DNA from: a virus | Reading direction: 5' to 3' (one strand) | IMG/VR virus record: IMGVR_UViG_3300015370_000011 | Span: 32,001 to 96,000 of that record | Length of the DNA stretch: 64,000 nucleotides | Part shown: one piece after another, positions 45,118 through 54,855 of the stretch | Layout of the letters: every line of letters begins with the position of its first letter | Numbering within the stretch: the stretch's first letter is position 1 | Translations under genes and position numbers: made by a program | Notes under the pieces: model-generated | Told to the model about the DNA's origin: nothing | Databases searched by the model: none | What the model saw: the letters and a program-made list of their open reading frames with translations, nothing else

Positions 45118-45735
45118 ATGGCTAAAGAAACTGTGGCAAGGAAGCGTCGTCTAACCCTCAGAAGTCTGATTGACAGCAATGAGGAAATCTGGGTAATCAA
45201 CCGATCAGGGGAATACACTGGGAAAGACGCAGGAAACGTGGTGTTTCAAGTAGGTTCTGGTACAATGGTTGATTCAGTAGTGATACCTCCTGGGGCGGAT
45301 CCTGTTTGTATCACTGATCAAGTGGATCCTGAGAGCTTGCGTACATGCAGAGACCTATTCAAGCTTATTCGATCAACCGCGTTAGAACTCTTGGATCCAG
45401 CAAGGGCAAATGAGTATTATGATCAAAACAAGGGACGGAAAGCGATAGTTGAAAAGAAGGTGAATGACGTTATTAGTCGTGTACAGCGTCAACAGACATC
45501 ACAGCATAAATCGGGTGTAATACATGTGCATACTAAGGTTCAAGATGTATGCCGTAGATTAGCACACGGTAATCTGACTGAGCGGGATGCCATCGAACGG
45601 CTTTTAGAGCAGAAAGCAGTGCTGAAGGAAGACGATTACGATTATTTGGTAAAGAACGGTGTGCATGAGTCTGTGAAGCATTGGGCATCAGAGCAAGCCA
45701 GAATGTTTAAATTGCAAGAAGCGGTGGCGAAGTAG
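45118..45735 (+). CDS. Hypothetical protein
   Basis: AAGGAG RBS, 205 aa. Confidence 0.7.
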   Translation: MAKETVARKRRLTLRSLIDSNEEIWVINRSGEYTGKDAGNVVFQVGSGTMVDSVVIPPGADPVCITDQVDPESLRTCRDLFKLIRSTALELLDPARANEYYDQNKGRKAIVEKKVNDVISRVQRQQTSQHKSGVIHVHTKVQDVCRRLAHGNLTERDAIERLLEQKAVLKEDDYDYLVKNGVHESVKHWASEQARMFKLQEAVAK

Positions 45736-45744
45736 GAAATAGAG

Positions 45745-45776
45745 GGGTGCCAGGGATACCTCTGGCACCCATTTTT
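45745..45776 (+). terminator. Rho-independent terminator
   Basis: GGGTGCCAG...CTGGCACCC then ATTTTT. Confidence 0.7.
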
Positions 45777-45788
45777 GAGAGGTAATCA

Positions 45789-46223
45789 ATGGCAGGGCAC
45801 ACTTCGGCAGTGCAGCTTGTAGGAACCGTTACTGTTGGTGCTAGTGGTACTACGTCTATCTATCCAGCAAAATCCAATAGCCCGTTTAGAAACCTGTCCA
45901 TAGTTATCGTACCCATGGAACAGGATTCTCCATATGATGTAGCTGTCTATCACAATGGAGAAATAGAAGAGTCACATTCCTATCCAGATGCTGCTAGCCG
46001 AGTAATTTGTGAGATGAGCTTTACATCATTTTTGTTCCCTGCAAATGTGGGTACAAACGCAATTCCAAAGTTCTTTGATTCGAATAGATCTAACTATCCC
46101 GGTTTAGGCATACGTGTTGCGCTTGTCAATAGGGCCGCAGTACAAAGATCTTACTACGTATATGCTATCTTTGAGGAGTTTGGAGATCATTGCCGGTTTG
46201 GTAAGATAACGCAGGAGGCCTAA
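45789..46223 (+). CDS. Hypothetical (probable virion) protein
   Basis: GAGG RBS, beta-rich 144 aa. Confidence 0.6.
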   Translation: MAGHTSAVQLVGTVTVGASGTTSIYPAKSNSPFRNLSIVIVPMEQDSPYDVAVYHNGEIEESHSYPDAASRVICEMSFTSFLFPANVGTNAIPKFFDSNRSNYPGLGIRVALVNRAAVQRSYYVYAIFEEFGDHCRFGKITQEA

Positions 46224-46954
46224 TGTTTTTAAAATCAGCTCAACGATTTAGTTTCAATAAACCAGCCCCAAATAATCTGTACCATTTTCCAAGAGAACAC
46301 AAGGCTGGATGGCAAGCTTTTTGGGAATCAATGGATGGGGATACGGATAAGATTTTAGATTTCGCTAAGAAGTCAGATATAGATTCGCCAGAGGAATGGT
46401 TTTCAGCGTTACATCTTTTCTTATTCGATGTTTTCTCCGGCAATCCAAATCTTCTGAAAGTCGCTTCTGGAAAATCCTTCGGCGAATTCCTAAAACAGGT
46501 AGCCGAAAACCACACGAAAGATCCAAAAGATAAGAACTGGTATGTAGAAAAAGGAATAACCAAAAATAAATTCATAGCGGCTTTGGAAAGAGCGGCGGAT
46601 ATTGCAGATGTCAAACAAGCAATTGGCTACGTAAACGCAAGAATAGTAAATTTAGGCTTTTATCTATACAGTGAATACCTCCTAGCTAAAACAGAAGGTA
46701 AATCAAAACTAAAGAGCGTAGCGTCAGGTATGAACAAACAAGCGTATGAATTGGAACACAAAGCGCTCGGGTATTCCCCTCTAGAAGATCTTGCTATCGG
46801 GGATAAAATAGGCCATTCTTTAGCACCACATAACGTGTTTATGGTAGTCGATGTGGTAAAGGATAATAGTACCATAGAAATGATCGTAGCTAGAGATCTC
46901 CACGGTAAGGCAGCCTATATAGAAGATATTTGGAATGTAACAGTAAATGCCTAG
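46223..46954 (+). CDS. Hypothetical protein, possible head-internal protein
   Basis: GGAGG RBS; KSAQ, KVAS, KSVAS, KQAY motifs. Confidence 0.65.
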   Translation: MFLKSAQRFSFNKPAPNNLYHFPREHKAGWQAFWESMDGDTDKILDFAKKSDIDSPEEWFSALHLFLFDVFSGNPNLLKVASGKSFGEFLKQVAENHTKDPKDKNWYVEKGITKNKFIAALERAADIADVKQAIGYVNARIVNLGFYLYSEYLLAKTEGKSKLKSVASGMNKQAYELEHKALGYSPLEDLAIGDKIGHSLAPHNVFMVVDVVKDNSTIEMIVARDLHGKAAYIEDIWNVTVNA

Positions 46955-47174
46955 TACGTTCACTACGAATGATCTAAGTTTTACTGCTTATCTAATGTTG
47001 CGCGGAGCAAAGATGATAAAAGCGCACAAGTTAGGTAGGACATATAAGTTTTTATTGGATATGGGAGACCTATCAATAGACCTGTTAAAGGTTGAGTGGG
47101 TAAACTCTGATTGCGCAGAGTTCGATTCCAGAGTAAGAGATCTGAAAAAGATACTCTTTAGTGATACCCAATGA
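46947..47174 (+). CDS. Small phage protein (DUF5659-like)
   Basis: FTTNDLSFTAYLMLRG N-terminal motif, 75 aa. Confidence 0.55.
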   Translation: MPSTFTTNDLSFTAYLMLRGAKMIKAHKLGRTYKFLLDMGDLSIDLLKVEWVNSDCAEFDSRVRDLKKILFSDTQ

Positions 47175-48034
47175 ACTCTTTTACCGATTTTGATATTTTT
47201 ATTTCTGGGCAGTCATCGTATTTGACTGTTTTTATAAAAGATCCTGGTTCTGAAGACCTAGTTGATGTATACGCTCCTAGTACGTTTTCCCTTATAGACA
47301 TTTCTGATGATTCTACTAAGGTTACGACTACCTTTTCAGCGTCTGGGAGTACCGTTGTTGGTCACCCCGGTATTGGTGTGTATCAATATCTGCTAAATAC
47401 AAACACGTATTCTAACCAATACCTTGCAATTTTCAGATGTGCGCTAGAGGGGGAAACTATAAACCAGAACATTTTTATAAAATCTGAACCAGCTAAGGTA
47501 TTTGCTAGAGCTGCGGAACTGAGAATACAAGTAGATAAAGCTAGAAAATCGGTAAGTGATAGTATAGAAAATATGGATCGCGCCACGAATGAACCCGCAA
47601 TTAACTTTTTCTTTGGGTATTCCGACGCGCATTTGATTTACTACCTAGAGCGCGGCGTACAAATCCTAAACGCGATTCCTCCTTACACTAATTTGGCTGT
47701 TGAGACATTTCCATGGGACCAGTATGGGAGCCTTTTGGTTGACGCCGCCACGATAGCTGCTTTGGAATCCCAAGGTATTTTTGCAATAGACACAGACTAT
47801 AATTATAGTTTAGGCGGTAACTCTTTGGTTATTGACCATTTTACCAAGATCAATTCATTTTTATCTTCACTATTAACAAGATTTGATAAGGCAGCCAGGT
47901 CATTCAAGCAGCAATATCGATCTAAGGGTATGGTCATTTTCCAATGGACACCTGGCGGTGTAAGATCCGCTAGAATGTTGCGCTCCCTGCCAAGTGAATT
48001 TTGGTCTCGGTTATTCAGTTCTACCTCCGTGTAA
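47171..48034 (+). CDS. Head-tail connector/neck protein
   Basis: Position after head genes; YSDAHLIYYLERG...NAIPP.T, DYNYSLGGNSL.ID. Confidence 0.6.
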   Translation: MNSFTDFDIFISGQSSYLTVFIKDPGSEDLVDVYAPSTFSLIDISDDSTKVTTTFSASGSTVVGHPGIGVYQYLLNTNTYSNQYLAIFRCALEGETINQNIFIKSEPAKVFARAAELRIQVDKARKSVSDSIENMDRATNEPAINFFFGYSDAHLIYYLERGVQILNAIPPYTNLAVETFPWDQYGSLLVDAATIAALESQGIFAIDTDYNYSLGGNSLVIDHFTKINSFLSSLLTRFDKAARSFKQQYRSKGMVIFQWTPGGVRSARMLRSLPSEFWSRLFSSTSV

Positions 48035-48112
48035 AATCAAGTGAATTTACTCTAATTTACCCTCTAAATCACCTTTTGGCACATTGGATTTCTGATACTT
48101 CAACTCTAGGCC

Positions 48113-48141
48113 TTGACAAGTGCCTATTCGTGTGTTAGTAT
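48113..48141 (+). promoter_or_regulatory. Sigma70 promoter of homing endonuclease
   Basis: TTGACA-17bp-TAGTAT with extended -10 TG. Confidence 0.75.
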
Positions 48142-48147
48142 ACGTGT

Positions 48148-49542
48148 ATGGGCAGATCTACTACCTCAGTAGCAAAAGGCCCAGTTGAAGCAGGAACTAC
48201 CCTGTGCTCTTATGGGCACAACACGGAAAGCAGAATAATGGATCCCATCTACTGCGAAACTTGTGGAAAAATACTTTCTGAAAAACAATTAGAAAAGGGC
48301 CGCGATGCCAAACGTACAGTAAAATATTGTAGTCCTGCCTGTTGGGGAAAACGCCTAAGAGAATATAATTACGATCATACATTTTTGGATACCGACTCTG
48401 AGCTTTCAGCATATTTTATGGGTTGGTGGACGGCTGATGGACATATTGATAAACAAGGAGCGGGTGTATCGATTGTATCAGTGGATAAACAGCTTATAGA
48501 TGCTCTGGTATTAGGCACTAAGTACAATAATATCATTAGTGCATATTGTAGAAAGCGCAAAGACAATGGGGGTGTTTACAAAATAGAATACACCCTTCGG
48601 TATGCTGGAAATGTATCTAAACGTATCCAAGAAATGGGTTATCCTCCTGGAGCTAAAGGTGGAAATGAGCATTTTCCTCAGCGTTTTTATAACGACAAAT
48701 ACTTTTTTCATTTCTTGCGGGGATTTATAGACGGAGACGGCACAAACAGTATACATAAAAAAGGTGATTTAGGCGTTTCCATGGTCAATATGTCAAGAGG
48801 CCTCTTAGAATCCATTCATGCGTGGCTTGTGTCTAATAAACTAATTCGTGGTGGATATATAAATGAAATACGTCCAAACTTCTATCGTTTAGCCTACGGG
48901 CATTTCGATAGCGTTCAAATTTGCAAACGACTATACGAGAATCACACCATTTGTTTGCAAAGAAAATACAAAAAATACTTAGCGGCTAAGGATTTCATAC
49001 AAGGATGCGTTCCTCAAACAAACGCCTTTTGTACTGTTCCTGGCTGTGATAGGCCCTGCAAGGCCAAAGAGCTATGCGCAGAGCATTATGATAGTATGTA
49101 CCATAAGATCTACGCAGAAACTCATAGAGAGGAAATAAGAGAGAAGAACAGGCGGTATAGTGAAAAGAATAGAGATGCGATAAACACACGGCGGCGTGCG
49201 GATTATGTTGAAAATCCTGAAAAATATAGGGAACAATCTCAGAAATGGCGTGAGGATCATCCTGATAAGGTGTTGGAAGCCAAAAGAGCGTATATAGAAG
49301 AAAATCGAGAAAAAGTAAATGAATACAAACGTAATTATAGAGATAAAAACCATGGAAAAGTGATTGAACAAGAAAGAGCGTCGCATTGTAGAAATATAGA
49401 ACAAAGATTAGCTACTTCCAGAAAGTACAAAGCTGAGAATAAAGAAAAAATGGATGCTTATAATGTCGAATATCGGAAAAAAACAAAAGAAAAACGTCGA
49501 GAATATGACCGGCAGCGATATTTAGACAAGAAATCTGCATAA
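48148..49542 (+). CDS. Free-standing double-motif LAGLIDADG homing endonuclease with Zn-finger and helical basic C-terminus
   Basis: AYFMGWWTADGHI and FHFLRGFIDGDGT; CETC..CSPAC; CTVPGC...LCAEHY; repeated Y.E.NRE units. Confidence 0.85.
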   Translation: MGRSTTSVAKGPVEAGTTLCSYGHNTESRIMDPIYCETCGKILSEKQLEKGRDAKRTVKYCSPACWGKRLREYNYDHTFLDTDSELSAYFMGWWTADGHIDKQGAGVSIVSVDKQLIDALVLGTKYNNIISAYCRKRKDNGGVYKIEYTLRYAGNVSKRIQEMGYPPGAKGGNEHFPQRFYNDKYFFHFLRGFIDGDGTNSIHKKGDLGVSMVNMSRGLLESIHAWLVSNKLIRGGYINEIRPNFYRLAYGHFDSVQICKRLYENHTICLQRKYKKYLAAKDFIQGCVPQTNAFCTVPGCDRPCKAKELCAEHYDSMYHKIYAETHREEIREKNRRYSEKNRDAINTRRRADYVENPEKYREQSQKWREDHPDKVLEAKRAYIEENREKVNEYKRNYRDKNHGKVIEQERASHCRNIEQRLATSRKYKAENKEKMDAYNVEYRKKTKEKRREYDRQRYLDKKSA

Positions 49543-49778
49543 ATGCTGATAGTAGCCTTGCCGCAATCAACACTTTAATTTCCTATAAATAGTTTGGTGT
49601 ATACTCTGCTACGTGTTTGATTCCAGATATCATTTGGATATTGGGTGGTGACAATCCTTGACGTTGCCGGGATTAGAGATGGGACAGCTTAGATATATCA
49701 GGCAGGGCAAATGCGTGAGGTGTTAGCATTCCAAAAAGCGAATGGCCAGAGAAGTTTTTGAAGTAAAGGAGAAAGAAC

Positions 49779-52700
49779 ATGACAATTGCTAATGACTGGG
49801 ATGTCAACTACGCAGCTAAAGTGATCTCCCACGTCGATGGGATTTTGACCTACACAGGTGGTACTGGTACACAGCCTGCCGTTGGGGAATACATTCTTGG
49901 TGCTACTAGCGGAGCACTTGGGAAGGTATTGGCTAGAACAGGCACTATAGGTGATGGTACACTAACGCTTACTAATGTTATTGGTCAGTTTGTAAATACC
50001 GAAATTTTGGATATCCTAAGTTCTGTTGATTTTGACACGGTGGCTAATGGCGGATTTGCTGTAGGGGACACCATTGTAGACCAAGTAACCGGCTCTGTAC
50101 TTGTGAAGTTTATTGAGTACAATATTGATGGTACAGCGGGACATGGGACTATTTACGGTACTACATTCACTTTATTCACCAATAACTCACAATTAGATAT
50201 TTCTGGTGGTCAAACTAATGTAGGCGCGGCTGATGGCGTCGGTGTGGACAACGACACCGCATTTGATGCTACCGTGTCTGGGACGTTGGCAGTGCCGGGT
50301 ACAGCAAGTACCAACAATTGTGTGATTATTCACTATGACGCTGGTACGATAGCTGTTCCGGAAGACGCACACATTCAGTCGTCGGTTTCTACCGCTGAAG
50401 GGTACGCACAGCAGGTAGTGGGGTCAGTTACTATTGGGTCAATCCGAGTTATAGACAGTGACACTACTGGTGGTGCCTGGACTGACGGTGAAAAAGTACG
50501 TATTTTGGATTGTGTATACTATGACGCCCTTACTGCTGGTAAGGTGTTCTCTGAAGGTGATGTTATCAAAGCTGTATTGGGGACCACACCAGACGCCGTT
50601 GGTCGGGTGCTTGCAGTCATTGACGATGGTGATAGCACCGGTAAACTCGTTTTGGCGGGGTTTAGCGGGACTTGGCAAGATGATAATGAAATCCATGTTA
50701 AACAACCCGATGATACTTACGTCAAGTATGGGGAAGTAGAAAATACTACCGCTAAGTATCTTGACGCAGCGGATATCAACATTCCTTCAGGAGTGCGATC
50801 CGTTCAGCGAGCCGACCAAGGCGGTATTTTCCCTACCGGGTCATTGAACTTAGTCCGGTCCGCTAACGCCTTGTATTCATACGTGCAAGATCTATATGAC
50901 GAGTTGGCCGCGTTGGATGACTTGCCACCCCTTGATGGTAACGTGAAAGACCAGTTGTACACCGTGCTTAACGACTACGTTATTCCTGATTTGAGCTTCA
51001 GGTTCTTGGAAAAAGGTTCATTCAAAGATTCAGGAAACAACAACGTCTTTACGAATATCCAGACTACTGGTGCCATTGCTGATATTGGTGCCAACGCCTT
51101 CTTCTATTCTTCTTCAAATGCCTCACCTCAACCAGATATGTATGTTGAGCAAGATGGCGCGGTTATTAGACAGGACTGGTTGGAAGGCAATCTTGATGTT
51201 TTGCTAAAGACAAAGACATCGACAAGACCTGCGTATATCAATCCTACTGTGCAAGCACTGGGTCAGTTGATCAATGGTGGTGCGTTCACAACCCACGTTC
51301 GTCCATACACGCGCACGTATGACTCCAACGAAGTTACACAGGTCGGCGGTGTGGCCGTTGTCGCGTTGGGTAACGCAAAGGACTTGAACAACACGACTGG
51401 TCAATACCGTGCGGCGTTTACTACTGGCGGTGGTGCCACTGCGTTTACTGTAGGTGAAGAGATTACTACTACCTCCGGTAAGCGCGGCATAGTTACCGCT
51501 TCTGATACCGGTGTAACCGGTAACGTAGATTATGCACTAAAATCGGGAACTAACCTGGTTGATACCGATGTGATTACTGGAGTGGTTAGTGCTAAGACCG
51601 CTACTGTATCTGGCGCACCGTCTAACTTGGTAGCTGGTTATGGTACAAATATTAAGGTCATGACTGTCAGCCGCAGATTCTTAGGCGGTACAACCACAGT
51701 AGCAGCATTTATAATTGGTGAAACGGTTCAGGAAGCAACCACTAGCGCTACTGGGTACATATTGGAAGATGATGGAGGTACCTTATATGTGGAAGACGCT
51801 ACTGGTGCCTTTAACGGAACTTATCAATTAACGGGTCTAGTTTCTGGTGCGCTTAATACACCTACATCAACCGCAGATTACACTACAGTACCGAAGGATA
51901 TTGGTGGTGGTGTTGGCGACAAGGACTACACTGCCGTAGTTTCTGGTAATATTACTGGTGCAGGTCCGCAATTGGTAGCAGCGGTTTACGAATGGTGGAA
52001 GTTCCTGCTGCGCAAAGAGAGCGTATTACTTCAGGGTGGCCCCGGTGTAGCAACAGGTACACAAGGACGTATTTATCGGAAACTAGTGTCTACCTTTGCA
52101 GAAGTTCGTGGTGCATCACAGTACGGAACCAAGGCTGGTGCGTTGGTCATTGGCGCACAGGGCGTGTTTATCGAGAAGTTTACCCTGCATACAGACAACA
52201 TTCGTAATATCCAGTTGATCGACAACCTAGGTGATACCTACAACCCACCCAACCTTCAGGTATTGGCGCTGGCCAACCTAGTTGCGGGTGTGCGCGGTGC
52301 AGTTTATCGGTCCGCAGGATCGGGATCAGAAGTCATCCTGCGAAGCGAATTCAAGGTCGGTGCGGTTGGTGGTGGGTATAACCAGTCTGCTAATTCAGAC
52401 ATTCTGGTAGCTGCGCAAACGAGAACAGTTACCCCGCTGCCTAATGATGTTCCCGATACAGGTGTGTTGCGCGTTCTGGACCCCAGCAACACAGGAAACT
52501 ACCTGAGATTCATTTATGATGTTGTGGACAGAACGAATAACGTATTTTCACTCCAGCAGGGTATTGGGCAAAACACCATTGGTGCTGTAACTGGCGCTGT
52601 GGACTTGGTTGCTGATGATTACTGCCACGTTGTTTTCCTGGAGAAGGAATCTATTGGTACGTCAATTAATAACACTGTTCAATACATTGGTGATGTGGAT

Positions 52701-52820
52701 CTGTACGCAGTTGCCCGCATAAAGGGTAAGAAGCCATTCAAAACTACCGCTACCTTTGGATCTACTGGGGTGAGCATCGGCGCTGTGCTACAATCTGATG
52801 AAGTTGTGAACCTGCCGTAA
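49779..52820 (+). CDS. Large Thr/Gly/Val-rich virion structural protein with internal beta repeats
   Basis: AAGGAG RBS; repeats PAVGEYILGATSGALGKV, FAVGDTI, FSEGDVI, FTVGEEITTTSGKRGIV, FIIGETVQEATTSATGYI. Confidence 0.7.
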   Translation: MTIANDWDVNYAAKVISHVDGILTYTGGTGTQPAVGEYILGATSGALGKVLARTGTIGDGTLTLTNVIGQFVNTEILDILSSVDFDTVANGGFAVGDTIVDQVTGSVLVKFIEYNIDGTAGHGTIYGTTFTLFTNNSQLDISGGQTNVGAADGVGVDNDTAFDATVSGTLAVPGTASTNNCVIIHYDAGTIAVPEDAHIQSSVSTAEGYAQQVVGSVTIGSIRVIDSDTTGGAWTDGEKVRILDCVYYDALTAGKVFSEGDVIKAVLGTTPDAVGRVLAVIDDGDSTGKLVLAGFSGTWQDDNEIHVKQPDDTYVKYGEVENTTAKYLDAADINIPSGVRSVQRADQGGIFPTGSLNLVRSANALYSYVQDLYDELAALDDLPPLDGNVKDQLYTVLNDYVIPDLSFRFLEKGSFKDSGNNNVFTNIQTTGAIADIGANAFFYSSSNASPQPDMYVEQDGAVIRQDWLEGNLDVLLKTKTSTRPAYINPTVQALGQLINGGAFTTHVRPYTRTYDSNEVTQVGGVAVVALGNAKDLNNTTGQYRAAFTTGGGATAFTVGEEITTTSGKRGIVTASDTGVTGNVDYALKSGTNLVDTDVITGVVSAKTATVSGAPSNLVAGYGTNIKVMTVSRRFLGGTTTVAAFIIGETVQEATTSATGYILEDDGGTLYVEDATGAFNGTYQLTGLVSGALNTPTSTADYTTVPKDIGGGVGDKDYTAVVSGNITGAGPQLVAAVYEWWKFLLRKESVLLQGGPGVATGTQGRIYRKLVSTFAEVRGASQYGTKAGALVIGAQGVFIEKFTLHTDNIRNIQLIDNLGDTYNPPNLQVLALANLVAGVRGAVYRSAGSGSEVILRSEFKVGAVGGGYNQSANSDILVAAQTRTVTPLPNDVPDTGVLRVLDPSNTGNYLRFIYDVVDRTNNVFSLQQGIGQNTIGAVTGAVDLVADDYCHVVFLEKESIGTSINNTVQYIGDVDLYAVARIKGKKPFKTTATFGSTGVSIGAVLQSDEVVNLP

Positions 52821-52832
52821 ATAAAGAGTTAA

Positions 52833-54521
52833 ATGACAGTTCGTGGTGACATTACGGTAGACTGGACGCAGCGACTGGTCGTGGTCGCTGCTCCGTCTAC
52901 TGATGTCGCTGTACAAGATTTACATGATACCCTTGTAGTTGCGGAGACTAGTTGGGATGGTATTGATGAGCCTGCTATTATAGACAGTGGTGGTAAAGAA
53001 ACGCTAGATGCAAATACAAAGGTAGGAATAACTGCTACGCTACAGGATGCAAAAATACAATTTGAAGATCGCAGGACCTCCGCAGAAATAGGGACAGTAA
53101 CTACAGCAGACTCTGGCGGCGTATATTTAACAGACTCTGCTGCGCATTTTCAAACAAACAAAGTTGTTAATGGATCAACCGTCATTAACTTTGCTGATCA
53201 GTCAATTGGAACTGTGTACGAAGTTTATAGTGAGACTGAACTAAAACTAATTAACCAACTGTCTGGTGGTACCGACAACGAATTTGAAATAGGGGATGAC
53301 TATAGAATTTATAATATTGATGTATGTCGCTTGTCTGGCGGCAACGTGGTAGCTGTTAATGTACTTGGTGATTATGTTACACCCTTTCAACCCACATTTG
53401 GCGTTGCATTCGACCGGACATCTTCTGCGTCTGCTACACTGCAGGAACTGGCGGATATTCAGTACGCCAGCTACAACGGCGGGGTGACGGTGGATTTGAG
53501 CGGTATCTACAGCGGAACTACGTACCCGGCTGGCACACCGCGTGAGCCGTGTAACAAATTGTCCGACGCAATGTTGATAGCAGAAGAAAAAGGATTTACG
53601 GTCATATATATTGTTGGGGATGCTACCATTAACTCAGGCGATGATTATACGGGCATGTCTTTTGTTGGTGAATCTAAGAACAAGTCCATATTGACCATTG
53701 AATCCGGCGCGATAGTTGATAGCTGCGAATTTTATGAAGCTACCGTTCAAGGAACCTTGGACGGAAACGCAAAGCTCAAGGATTGTAGAGTTTTAAACTT
53801 GAACTACATTTACGGAGTAATAGAATCATGCATGCTCGGACCGGGGACCATCGTTTTAGGGGGAGGACAGAACGCACACTTTCTCGATTGCTGGAGCGGC
53901 GTGGTGGCCGCCGGCACTCCAGTAATCGATTTAGGCGGATCCGGGCAAGGTCTGTCCATAAGGAATTACAACGGAGGAATCGAGCTGACCAACAAGACGG
54001 GCGCGGACGAGGTGAGTATCGACTTGAACAGCGGTCTGATAATACTGGACAACACGATAAATGTGATCGACAAGGAAATAGTGATCAGGGGGATCGGAAC
54101 ACTAATTGATAATAGTACAGGTGCACCTGTTGATTCTAGTGAGCTTTCTAATCCTACCACGATTGCAGCAATCATAGATGATACTCTATCTACTGTCCAC
54201 GGCGACGGCATTTGGGAAAGTTCTGGGGATGCAGATTGGACACCGGCAGAGCGTAAACAGATTAGGGACGCATTAGGTGTTGCCGGGGATAAGGTTACGG
54301 CTAGTGGTGGACAACTACAAAATATTAAATCAGTTATCAATGTAGTGTCATCTTCTGTAGAAACGGTAAGACAAGTTTCAGTTGGTAGGTGGCGCATAGT
54401 GAACAATCAACTAATATTATTTAAAGACAATGGTACGGATGTGCTTGTTAAGTTTAATTTGAAGAATAGCGCAGGGCAACCTTCTACACAAGAAGTATAT
54501 GAAAGAGTTCCTGCACAATGA
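52833..54521 (+). CDS. Virion appendage/fibre-like protein
   Basis: Beta-rich 562 aa; YPAGTPREPCNKLSDA pattern typical of the start of beta-helix regions. Confidence 0.6.
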   Translation: MTVRGDITVDWTQRLVVVAAPSTDVAVQDLHDTLVVAETSWDGIDEPAIIDSGGKETLDANTKVGITATLQDAKIQFEDRRTSAEIGTVTTADSGGVYLTDSAAHFQTNKVVNGSTVINFADQSIGTVYEVYSETELKLINQLSGGTDNEFEIGDDYRIYNIDVCRLSGGNVVAVNVLGDYVTPFQPTFGVAFDRTSSASATLQELADIQYASYNGGVTVDLSGIYSGTTYPAGTPREPCNKLSDAMLIAEEKGFTVIYIVGDATINSGDDYTGMSFVGESKNKSILTIESGAIVDSCEFYEATVQGTLDGNAKLKDCRVLNLNYIYGVIESCMLGPGTIVLGGGQNAHFLDCWSGVVAAGTPVIDLGGSGQGLSIRNYNGGIELTNKTGADEVSIDLNSGLIILDNTINVIDKEIVIRGIGTLIDNSTGAPVDSSELSNPTTIAAIIDDTLSTVHGDGIWESSGDADWTPAERKQIRDALGVAGDKVTASGGQLQNIKSVINVVSSSVETVRQVSVGRWRIVNNQLILFKDNGTDVLVKFNLKNSAGQPSTQEVYERVPAQ

Positions 54522-54682
54522 ATAGAATAATTACTCTAGGTTTGGGTGGGTCTGCTACATGCATAATACTACAAGGATTCCATTTTATAACATATATAGG
54601 TCAAATATTTGTACGGGTGCTGAAACTTACTTCTGATATCCTATTCTCAGTGCATAAAACATCAAAAATACGGCGTAAGTAA
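54518..54682 (+). CDS. Small 54-aa protein (missed by ORF track)
   Basis: ATGA overlap with upstream stop; MNRIITLGLGGSATCIILQGF...; stop overlaps next start. Confidence 0.55.
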   Translation: MNRIITLGLGGSATCIILQGFHFITYIGQIFVRVLKLTSDILFSVHKTSKIRRK

Positions 54683-54855
54683 TGGAAATAACATTGGAAT
54701 CAGCGATAATTGTAGCTATACAGGATCTATCGACTATAGTTAATGTATTTGATGCGGAATCTCCTATACTTGACTTTATTGCATTGGGTACACGCATATA
54801 CGATATACTAAATCTAGAATCAAGTATTACACCCATTAGTACGGTAATTCAATAA
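54682..54855 (+). CDS. Small 57-aa protein (missed by ORF track)
   Basis: TAATG coupling on both sides; MEITLESAIIVAIQDLSTIVNVFDAESPI... Confidence 0.55.
   Translation: MEITLESAIIVAIQDLSTIVNVFDAESPILDFIALGTRIYDILNLESSITPISTVIQ

Noticed and set aside
27200-49610. Shared late-promoter motif AAATA...TGTATA(C/G)T at ~27220, ~31858 and ~49597
   Set aside because: Spacing between the elements is inconsistent (6, 8 and 12 bp), so it cannot be distinguished from ordinary -10-like sequence without TSS data
49690-49760. c-di-GMP-I riboswitch (CAGGGCAAA) upstream of the 1013-aa gene
   Set aside because: No GAAA tetraloop/receptor or downstream GCAAAGC/P1 pairing could be built; an Infernal scan would settle it
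47171-49778. Group I intron housing the LAGLIDADG gene
   Set aside because: Upstream gene ends with a normal stop, the downstream gene has its own RBS and start, and no P7 core could be recognised
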